From positions 30,001 through 62,000 of the forward strand of contig CALSTM010000002.1 of assembly GCA_943789275.1 (NCBI GenBank): a stretch of DNA of 32,000 nt. The letters are read 5' to 3'. The notes beneath the pieces were generated by a model. It was not told the DNA's origin, did not search any database, and saw only the letters and a program-made list of their open reading frames with translations. The translations under genes and the position numbers were made by a program. Below, piece after piece: positions 1 to 7,168 of this stretch (its first letter is position 1; every line of letters begins with the position of its first letter). Source of the DNA: Candidatus Poseidoniaceae archaeon. Its GTDB lineage: Archaea; Thermoplasmatota; Poseidoniia; Poseidoniales; Poseidoniaceae.

Positions 1-94
1 TATCAAATAACCCTTTGTCACTTGCCAGAAGGAGAAGTAGCCCAGCAAGGGCAACCGCTGTAACAACACTCCAAAAGGTCGTCTCTCGGTCCAT
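1..94 (-). CDS. 5' end of a membrane-protein gene running off the window (MDRETTFWSVVTAVALAGLLLLLASDKGLFD...)
   Basis: ATG at 94-92 lies 5 nt downstream of the VKOR stop (102-100). The frame stays open to position 1 and the N-terminus is a hydrophobic helix. It is too short to appear in the ORF track. Confidence 0.35.
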   Translation of the reverse strand, partial: MDRETTFWSVVTAVALAGLLLLLASDKGLFD

Positions 95-99
95 TTGAA

Positions 100-693
100 T
101 CAACTTTCTTGGTTCCATTCACCCGATTCATTGAGCTTCATCAGGCGGTAGAACCCAATGAATGCTGCAACGTTAGCAATGTGAGCAGTTGTACAGTATT
201 GGCATATTTTTTCCATCTGAATCTCATAGGAGACAAGCAATCCGATGACGAGGAAACCACCAAAGGTGAGCGCTGTACCAAGTTTGAGATAATTATCGAC
301 CCATGTCGAGTTTGGTTCAAGTGAGGTTGAATACGCCAAGTAGAGGAGGACACAGAAGACGGCCGCTCCAATTCCGCCCCATGGGATTCCGAAGATTGGG
401 TCGGTATTGTATGCAGTATTCCCGATGACATCATCGCAAGAAAATACCGTGCTTGATGCACAAAAGTTGCCACCTTCACTCACCTTGGAAGAAATCCAAA
501 GCGTTTGGATGGAGACAGCAAAACCGGCGACACAGGTCAAAAGAAGTCCTGAAAGCACTCGGCCACGTTCAGTAGCAAAAGACGGGAGCGTTTCCTCTAA
601 AGAACTTGCAATTACCCTTCCAGTCGGCAGCACAAGGAACATACCGATGAGCGTTGGTATGAGGTAAATCAACAGTTGAATGTTCGAATCCAT
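100..693 (-). CDS. Vitamin K epoxide reductase (VKOR) family membrane oxidoreductase
   Basis: Polytopic membrane protein with a loop cysteine pair (FCASSTVFSC) and a CXXC in a late TM helix (CQYC), the VKOR signature. The ATG at 693 (MDSNIQ...) follows the upstream stop by 1 nt and has GGTGGTG 7 nt upstream. The track start at 789 would overlap the upstream gene by about 95 nt. Confidence 0.75.
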   Translation of the reverse strand: MDSNIQLLIYLIPTLIGMFLVLPTGRVIASSLEETLPSFATERGRVLSGLLLTCVAGFAVSIQTLWISSKVSEGGNFCASSTVFSCDDVIGNTAYNTDPIFGIPWGGIGAAVFCVLLYLAYSTSLEPNSTWVDNYLKLGTALTFGGFLVIGLLVSYEIQMEKICQYCTTAHIANVAAFIGFYRLMKLNESGEWNQES

Positions 694-694
694 A

Positions 695-1396
695 TCAAGC
701 ACCACCCGTATCTGCACTCTCTCGAGTGACGAGACTGAGAATTGCATCTCGAGAATCTTCTCCAGGGTTTTCAGATGAACTCCAGGCAATAATCCCGTCC
801 GGTTGAATCAGGTAATAACTTGGGGTGCCACCGACTTTCCACTCCTTCATGTTGTCTTGGTCCAGATCATCGATGTAGGGGAATGTGTGTGCTGAACCGG
901 GGCGACTGCCGCAATCTGAACCTGCACATGATTGGCCGGAATCAGCAGTCTTGTCTCTAAATGCCACGATTTCGGCTCGGCTTGAGTCGTGACCGTTTAT
1001 GTCGAGTTCAGTTGCACTTGCCATGAAGTTGACAATGGCACCGTTCCATTGAGGGTTGCTTCCGTCAAAATCAGCAGCGTTCAACGACATGTCTTCAGCG
1101 GAACGTACACAATATGGACAATCCGTGTCCATGAATTCAAGAAAAACCCACTGCCCTGATACGTCGCCTTCTTGCCAGTTGGAATCCCAGTAGGATTCAA
1201 GATTGAAGGTTTGCCAACCTCCGCTGCCGTTGTAGAACTTGCCCTCTAAGGCAGGTGCTCTTTCACCGGCTTTGGTCCCAGTTGCAATTGGACTTGTTGT
1301 GGCTGCAATTATGATGAGGCCAACAAAAAACAGGCTCATGACCCGAATGGCGGCTTTGGTACGAACATCAGCTTCATCATCGTATATGTGTTTCAA
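695..1396 (-). CDS. Membrane-anchored thioredoxin-fold thiol:disulfide oxidoreductase (TlpA/ResA-like, CPYC)
   Basis: N-terminal TM anchor (MSLFFVGLIIIAATT), CXXC motif in FLEFMDTDCPYCV, and GTPSYYLIQPDG near the C-terminus, typical of the redoxin fold. Start is uncertain: TTG 1420 (track), TTG 1396 preceded by AAGGAG at 8 nt, or first ATG 1339. Confidence 0.7.
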   Translation of the reverse strand: MKHIYDDEADVRTKAAIRVMSLFFVGLIIIAATTSPIATGTKAGERAPALEGKFYNGSGGWQTFNLESYWDSNWQEGDVSGQWVFLEFMDTDCPYCVRSAEDMSLNAADFDGSNPQWNGAIVNFMASATELDINGHDSSRAEIVAFRDKTADSGQSCAGSDCGSRPGSAHTFPYIDDLDQDNMKEWKVGGTPSYYLIQPDGIIAWSSSENPGEDSRDAILSLVTRESADTGGA

Positions 1397-1400
1397 TTTC

Positions 1401-2354
1401 TCATCTCCTTGGCATTCCAATTTCTTCTATCAGAGCGCGTGCAGTGTGGCGTATGGCCTCTTCACTGTTGTACCGTACATCATATCCTGAGGAAAGCATC
1501 TTATCAATCCCAAGCATTGCCCGAGGAATATCACCAGCCCACCCACGGTCACCACCTGTGTACTCGATGGATGCATCATGGCAACCGGTTTCTTCAACGA
1601 CTATTTCGGCAATTCGTCGAACAGACGCAGTATCGTGTGAACCGAGATTAAACAGATTCAGCGGTTCATCGGTATGCTTCATGACATGAAGGATTCCATC
1701 AACGCAATCTTCGACTTCCATGTACGACTTCTCTTGCCGTCCGTTTCCGAGAACCTCAAGCCGAGAGGGGTCGGATTTGAGTTTGTGGATGAAATCAAAA
1801 ATTACACCGTGCGTACCTCGAGTACCGATGATGTTTGCAAAACGGAAGATCCATGCTTGGAGTCCGAACGTCCCGACCCAACTGCTGATGAGACCTTCTC
1901 CGGCCTGTTTGCTTGCACCGTAAAGTGAAATGGGCATGCAAGGACCGTGGTTTTCAGGTGTTGGGAGTGGAGCATCTTCACCGTAAACAACCGAAGAGGA
2001 GGCAAAAGCGATTTTTTTAACCTCACAACGACGCATGGCTTCGACGATATTGTAGGTTGCAAGCGTGCCTTGCTTCAAATCCGTATCCGTAATACGAGTG
2101 CCAAGCCGAATATCGGGGTTGGCCGCCAAATGGTACACGCAATCGATACCTTGCATGGCAGAAAGAACCGCTTCAAAGTCAGTAATGTCACCATGCACAT
2201 GGGTCACTGCGCCGGAATCAAGATGGGGTTGGATGAACTCGAGTTGGCCGCTTGAAAGGTTATCAAGAGCAACAACTGTATCGCCACGAGCAACCAACCT
2301 GTCGATAAGATGTGAGCCAATAAACCCGGCACCGCCTGTAACCAATGCTCGCAT
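1401..2354 (-). CDS. NAD-dependent nucleotide-sugar epimerase/dehydratase (extended SDR)
   Basis: MRALVTGGAGFIGSHL Rossmann motif at the N-terminus and the YGASK catalytic YxxxK. The ATG at 2354 places the glycine motif at the canonical position. The 30-aa extension in the track ORF (to 2444) has no protein-like character. Confidence 0.85.
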   Translation of the reverse strand: MRALVTGGAGFIGSHLIDRLVARGDTVVALDNLSSGQLEFIQPHLDSGAVTHVHGDITDFEAVLSAMQGIDCVYHLAANPDIRLGTRITDTDLKQGTLATYNIVEAMRRCEVKKIAFASSSVVYGEDAPLPTPENHGPCMPISLYGASKQAGEGLISSWVGTFGLQAWIFRFANIIGTRGTHGVIFDFIHKLKSDPSRLEVLGNGRQEKSYMEVEDCVDGILHVMKHTDEPLNLFNLGSHDTASVRRIAEIVVEETGCHDASIEYTGGDRGWAGDIPRAMLGIDKMLSSGYDVRYNSEEAIRHTARALIEEIGMPRR

Positions 2355-2498
2355 GGGCAGTTCAAGAAACCACCATGTATGAGCCTTTGGTAATGTTGTC
2401 GATACTGGTGAAGTTGTCGAAACTGCTTTGGAAATTCGGGACAATGGGTTTGATAACCTTTAACGAAATGATTCACCTTTACCGCCGAACATTCGGCG

Positions 2499-2768
2499 AT
2501 GGAGTTGAAAAACATGCCAAAAAAGAACCTAAAAACGATGCCTGAAACCCTAAACGAAACTGCGAATATGCTTGTTGGATACGTACGGAAAAGCAATGCT
2601 GGTGGAGCACTCAAAGTCTCCATCAATACCGATGCTTTTTCAGACTGTTCGACGTATGTCACCAGTGACGGTCAAGCGTATGTACCGCTTGTCATCTCAC
2701 TGAATGCGCTTGAAAAAGTGCTCAATGGAGAGCGAGCAGTTACCACGCTCACGCAACTTCAAGATTAG
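2499..2768 (+). CDS. Small hypothetical protein (89 aa), no family recognised
   Basis: Only long ORF in this interval and its composition looks protein-like (GYVRKSNAGGALKVSINTDAF...YVPLVISLNALEKVLNGERAVT). The start could also be M6 or M14. Confidence 0.45.
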   Translation: MELKNMPKKNLKTMPETLNETANMLVGYVRKSNAGGALKVSINTDAFSDCSTYVTSDGQAYVPLVISLNALEKVLNGERAVTTLTQLQD

Positions 2769-2818
2769 AGCGTTCAAGTTCAATCGCAGTTGAATACGTA
2801 TCCTGAGTATACGGTGCC

Positions 2819-2850
2819 GCTTGCTTGGGGGTTTCGACCCCTGAGCAAGC
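2819..2850 (+). other. Strong GC-rich hairpin (13-bp stem, 6-nt loop) downstream of the small ORF
   Basis: GCTTGCTTGGGGG-TTTCGA-CCCCTGAGCAAGC. Two positions pair as G.U only when read on the plus strand (they would be A/C mismatches on the minus strand), which argues for function in plus-strand RNA. No T-run follows. Confidence 0.4.
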
Positions 2851-2888
2851 CTTCCCCCATAACGTACAACAAGTGTTGGTGCAGTTAC

Positions 2889-2895
2889 TATATTA
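2889..2895 (+). promoter_or_regulatory. TATA-like box (TATATTA) upstream of the GT2 gene
   Basis: AT-rich element centred about 30 nt upstream of ATG 2922, consistent with a leaderless or short-leader archaeal mRNA. Confidence 0.3.
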
Positions 2896-2921
2896 CTAAA
2901 TAGAATCGGAAAGCGCCAACA

Positions 2922-3869
2922 ATGGGTGGAAAGATGATTCGAGGTGTCGATACGAAAAAACCTTTCATCGTTGCCGGCATGCCCATGTACAACGAAGAGG
3001 AGACCATCGGGACCGTTGTCATCACAGCTCTTCGCCATGTCGATGCAGTGATCTGTATCGACGACGGTTCTTCAGATTCAAGTGCTCGTATTGCAGAAGC
3101 ATGCGGCGCTCTTGTCATCCGGCATCGCGTAAATCGCGGCTATGGAGGCGCTTTGAAAACCCTGTTTGTCAAAGCCAAAGAAATGAACGTCGATGCTCTT
3201 GTCGTCCTCGACAGTGACGGCCAACACCGTTCGGAAGACATCCCGAAACTGCTCAAACCAATACTCGACGGAACTGCAGATTTCGCAATTGGGTCCCGCT
3301 TCGTGGAGGGCGGCAGTGGAACCGATATGCCCGCCTATCGTCGACTTGGAATCAAAGTCATTACTGCAGCGAGCAACCTCTCAAGTGACCTCGGGATTAA
3401 AGATACACAATCGGGATTCAGAGCATTCTCTCATACCGCTCTTGACCGTCTTCGCTTTGATTCTGAAGGAATGGAGCTTTCCCTCGAAATGCTTGAGGAC
3501 GCCCGAGAGAAGCAATTGGATATTGTCGAGGTACCAACAGTGATTCGTTACGATGTACCAAAAGGTTCGAACTTCACCGCAGTTTCTCACGGCTTCACCG
3601 TTCTAACATGGGCAATGCTTTCACTGTCTCAAAAGAAGCCACTGCTTGTTCTGGGCCTCCCCGGTTTCGGACTCTTAGCAACTGGAGCTGCAATGGGGAT
3701 GAATGCAGCGCGCGGTGTTACGACTCAAATAGACAGTTTCCTCGGCCCAGGTCTTTCCGCCGTTTGGATTGGTGTCCTCGGACTTTCATTGATGGCCACA
3801 GGATTGGTTTTGCAAAGCGCCCGTGGTTTCCTTCGCCACCTTTTGGTTCGAGAATTCGGACTCGATTGA
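2922..3869 (+). CDS. Family 2 glycosyltransferase, polyprenyl/dolichyl-phosphate hexose synthase-like, with C-terminal TM helices
   Basis: YNEEETI, IDDGSSDSS and VLDSDGQH (DXD) motifs, then two C-terminal TM helices (PLLVLGLPGFGLLATGAA..., AVWIGVLGLSLMATGLVL). An alternative start is ATG 2934, preceded by GGGTGG. Confidence 0.85.
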   Translation: MGGKMIRGVDTKKPFIVAGMPMYNEEETIGTVVITALRHVDAVICIDDGSSDSSARIAEACGALVIRHRVNRGYGGALKTLFVKAKEMNVDALVVLDSDGQHRSEDIPKLLKPILDGTADFAIGSRFVEGGSGTDMPAYRRLGIKVITAASNLSSDLGIKDTQSGFRAFSHTALDRLRFDSEGMELSLEMLEDAREKQLDIVEVPTVIRYDVPKGSNFTAVSHGFTVLTWAMLSLSQKKPLLVLGLPGFGLLATGAAMGMNAARGVTTQIDSFLGPGLSAVWIGVLGLSLMATGLVLQSARGFLRHLLVREFGLD

Positions 3870-3937
3870 GGCGTTTCCAACGTTCTGCTCTCACATTTTG
3901 GAGCATCATTCAAAGCCCCCCTCGTTATCGCAAGAAC

Positions 3938-6814
3938 ATGGAGAAGGACGGTAGCAGCGCCAATCTCCGCGTGAAACTGTCCGAACTTCGAGAACAATCA
4001 AGTGCTCATGCCATGCGCCGAATCGATAAATTCTATGGCAGTGTTCTTGCCTCACCTTCGACGGTCGTCATCCTGCTGCTCGTCGTTGCCGCTTTTTTTG
4101 CTCAACAAGGCATGTCCTTCCAAGAGCAAATTGATGATGACGTCGAGATATTCCTTCCCGACGGAGCACCATCAACTGAATTACTCAAAGAAGTAAGAAC
4201 AGAATGGTCGACGGACATTGCCATTATTTACATCCAAACTCCGAACGCCTTCAATTCTGGCGACCAAATCAACATCACGGATGTCGCTTATTTGCGGGAA
4301 ATGAGTTGGGTAGAAGGGGACGATGACAATGTGAACGATCCCGGCTCGACCAGCAGAGGTATCGATTACAGCAAGGATGACCAGGGAAGAGACGATGGTG
4401 TCCTGTGGATTATTTCACCTGCACAGGTCATCAAAGAAATAAACTCTGCAGACGGGCGATTCAACAGTTCATTGTGTGAGCACGGCATCAATACCCGTAT
4501 TCCACTGGCTCTCGATTGCAGTTCACTGCCTGGTGGCGGTGCGTATTCGATACCCGACCAAAATCGAGTCGACCAAATCATCGAAGAATCGAATGGCGGA
4601 TTTGACGCCTTGTTCAAGGATACCAACGATATGGACCTCGACTATGACAGCGACAATGACGGCAACAAAACCAACGATATGGATGGCGATGGAATATGGG
4701 ATACTGCTGCAATTGTGATTGGGATGCACCACGACCCGACCGAGGCTAACTTTCGTGATTTTAGCCACCTCCACAGCCATTTCCAAGACGTCATAGACGA
4801 CCGCCCGAGCGATATGCAAAACACCGAGATGACCGTCACCGGGCTTACCAAAGTCCTTGAAGACATTTCTGATGCAATCTATGAAGACCTGCTGAAAATT
4901 TTACCATGGTCGGTCGTTTTCACAATTTTGGTCATCACATTGCTGCACCGTTCGCTAAAGGTGGTTGTCATCACCGGAACCCCTATTGTAATGGCCCTTG
5001 CAGTAACCTTTGGCTCATCGGTACTTCTCAACATCACGCTCACCCCGATGATTGTGGCCACTTTCCCAATTTTAATTGGCCTGGGGGTTGATTATGCACT
5101 TCACATGGTCAACCGTATAGAGGAAGTGCGTCGAAAGGAAATTGACAAAGCTCATGATGAAAATGAACGGCGAAGGCGGCAAGGCAAACCACCAGAAGAA
5201 GTCCCTGACCTGTGGAACATCGATTTTTACCGTGAATGCGTTTTAGAAATGACCCGTTCCACTGGAGTCGCCGTCTTCCTGTCTGCGTTAACGACCATTG
5301 TTGGATTCTCAGTATTGATTGCGCCGCAAATTGTATCTGTATCACCAATTCGCTCGGTTGGAGTCACCTTGTGCATTGGCATCTTCTCGACGCTTATCTT
5401 CAGCATCATACTGGTTCCAACGTTAGCATGGATGATGCGATTTAACAAGCGTACAAACCCTTCGGCATGGAAGAAAGTTGGAACATGGCCAGTGTATGGA
5501 TTTGTCTTCATTATTGCTGGTGCGATTTTGGTAACGGGCGTGGGCGTCTCGAATTTAGACACGATGAATGAACCCATCACTGGAAGTTCTGAAGCACCAG
5601 ATGGTATTGCTTCGCTCAATACTTTAGCTCAATATTCGCGCCAATTCAGTGGTGGACAGACCTCCTTGTTCATTTTTGATGCAGAAGATCGAACCTTAGA
5701 GGCTCAGCAAAATAAAACTCAAAATATACGAGATTTACCTGTTCTGGATGCCATTGATGCCATTGAAAATAAGATTGACATGGTCGATGAAACAAACACA
5801 ACAAGCATCATCACCTTCTTACGCACCATACCTGCAACGATTACACTCGCTGATGGCGTGACGTTGTATGAAGGGAGCCTCTGGGATCTGTTGCACGACC
5901 CGTGTTGGGACAGTACGGATATTACCGACCCCGAATGTGTTGCTTGGCTGAGCCTTGAACTCACAGGTCAAGACGGACGGCAAGGTCTGCGAAAAGACAT
6001 GGTAAATGCAGTGTTTGACACGCTGTCTGATGAAGTCAAGTCGATGTTGCTCAACGAGGAAGGTACCAAAGCCATTGTCTACGTTACTCAGCCGTACATG
6101 AACCTCAATGTTGCTGGGGAATTGCGTGACGACATCGATGAAATGCTCTTGAATGAGCCACCTGTTGATGGCAAAACTCGAACCTCTCTCCTCACTGGAG
6201 GACTGCCGGTTTCTTTGGATATCAACGACGGTATTCATGACGCTCAAACGCTGACAACCATCGTTACAATGATTCTACTCACCATCGTCCTCAGCGTTGT
6301 ATTCCGCTCTCCAAGACTTGGAATATACACAATGATACCTGTGGCAATCGTCATCTTATGGCAGCCACTTCTCATGAAGAGTGGTGATGTCAATGTGAAC
6401 ATATTTACTGCTATGATTGGCACCATCGTCTTCGGCATAGGAGTTGATGATTCCATACACGTGATGCATCGAATCCAGGAAGAAGGGGAGACGCCGACCG
6501 GCATAGCAAATGCCATTGAAGAAACCGGTCAAACAATCTTTGAGACTACAGTGACCACCGTCTCTGGGATATCTGCTGGGTTTATTGCAGCGTTCCCCGG
6601 TCTTGAAAACTTCTTTATGATTATGTGTCTGCTGATCTTCTTCGCCTTCATCACGAGCACCTTCCTTCTTCCAGCAGTCATTACTGCAGAACATACGATA
6701 CGCGCCAAAATCAGAGGCCAAGCAGGATGGATGGATTACGGTGATGGCATTGCCATAGCCTCTCCATTGGCGATGAAACCACTCGATGCTGTGCTCTACG
6801 GCGATGAAGATTGA
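3938..6814 (+). CDS. RND-superfamily exporter (MMPL / COG1033-like), 12 TM with two large extracytoplasmic loops
   Basis: Two repeated units, each a large loop followed by a TM bundle, carry GVDYALHMVNRIEE and GVDDSIHVMHRIQEE motifs. The first in-frame start after the GT2 stop is ATG 3938 (MEKDGSS...). The track ORF start at 3608 only reflects an absence of stop codons while overlapping the GT2 gene out of frame. Confidence 0.85.
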   Translation: MEKDGSSANLRVKLSELREQSSAHAMRRIDKFYGSVLASPSTVVILLLVVAAFFAQQGMSFQEQIDDDVEIFLPDGAPSTELLKEVRTEWSTDIAIIYIQTPNAFNSGDQINITDVAYLREMSWVEGDDDNVNDPGSTSRGIDYSKDDQGRDDGVLWIISPAQVIKEINSADGRFNSSLCEHGINTRIPLALDCSSLPGGGAYSIPDQNRVDQIIEESNGGFDALFKDTNDMDLDYDSDNDGNKTNDMDGDGIWDTAAIVIGMHHDPTEANFRDFSHLHSHFQDVIDDRPSDMQNTEMTVTGLTKVLEDISDAIYEDLLKILPWSVVFTILVITLLHRSLKVVVITGTPIVMALAVTFGSSVLLNITLTPMIVATFPILIGLGVDYALHMVNRIEEVRRKEIDKAHDENERRRRQGKPPEEVPDLWNIDFYRECVLEMTRSTGVAVFLSALTTIVGFSVLIAPQIVSVSPIRSVGVTLCIGIFSTLIFSIILVPTLAWMMRFNKRTNPSAWKKVGTWPVYGFVFIIAGAILVTGVGVSNLDTMNEPITGSSEAPDGIASLNTLAQYSRQFSGGQTSLFIFDAEDRTLEAQQNKTQNIRDLPVLDAIDAIENKIDMVDETNTTSIITFLRTIPATITLADGVTLYEGSLWDLLHDPCWDSTDITDPECVAWLSLELTGQDGRQGLRKDMVNAVFDTLSDEVKSMLLNEEGTKAIVYVTQPYMNLNVAGELRDDIDEMLLNEPPVDGKTRTSLLTGGLPVSLDINDGIHDAQTLTTIVTMILLTIVLSVVFRSPRLGIYTMIPVAIVILWQPLLMKSGDVNVNIFTAMIGTIVFGIGVDDSIHVMHRIQEEGETPTGIANAIEETGQTIFETTVTTVSGISAGFIAAFPGLENFFMIMCLLIFFAFITSTFLLPAVITAEHTIRAKIRGQAGWMDYGDGIAIASPLAMKPLDAVLYGDED

Positions 6815-6815
6815 G

Positions 6816-7120
6816 TGGAGGGAGTAGGGAGTAAGCCCCTTTCTGTTACCTTTCGGCGACCGCATTCAACTTAGCATCCTACCTGCCCCTCGACGTGCCG
6901 CGTCAACGGGGCTGTTTGGACTTGCTCCAACGGGGTTGCTCGTCTCATCGACCACAAGGCAATCTCGGTTTTTCAACTTCATTGTACACACCTTGCATCG
7001 TTCGTTTCTGCAGCATTGACCTGACCATTTCTGTTCTCTTACTTGTGTAAGCCGTTTGCACTGTGGAGAGGGGACTTTCCTCAGAGTCGAACTCTGTCAG
7101 CGATCCTCCTACTCCCTCCA
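6816..7120 (-). ncRNA. rnpB: RNase P RNA (archaeal type A)
   Basis: The minus strand carries the universal P4 elements GAGGAAAGTCCCC (reverse complement of 7069-7081) and ACAGAAAGGGGCTTAC (reverse complement of 6831-6846). A 13-bp P1 helix forms between TGGAGGGAGTAGG (5') and CCTACTCCCTCCA (3'). A P3-like hairpin is CAGAG-TTCGA-CTCTG. Length is about 305 nt. Confidence 0.92.
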
Positions 7121-7168
7121 TGTAGCGGTTGGCATCAAGACTTCAAAGTCTTCGGATGAAAATGCATC

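Noticed and set aside
3608-3937. A 110-aa N-terminal extension of the RND exporter ORF that overlaps the GT2 gene in another frame.
   Set aside because: The extension is Arg/Pro/Ser-rich and not protein-like. It overlaps a well-supported GT2 C-terminus. The first in-frame start after the GT2 stop (ATG 3938) gives a canonical exporter N-terminus.
7137-7152. An inverted repeat AAGACTT-CA-AAGTCTT just downstream of the giant gene stop, considered as a terminator.
   Set aside because: It is AT-rich, its loop is too small for a stable hairpin, and no flanking oligo-T tract follows on the transcribed strand. Archaeal termination does not require hairpins.
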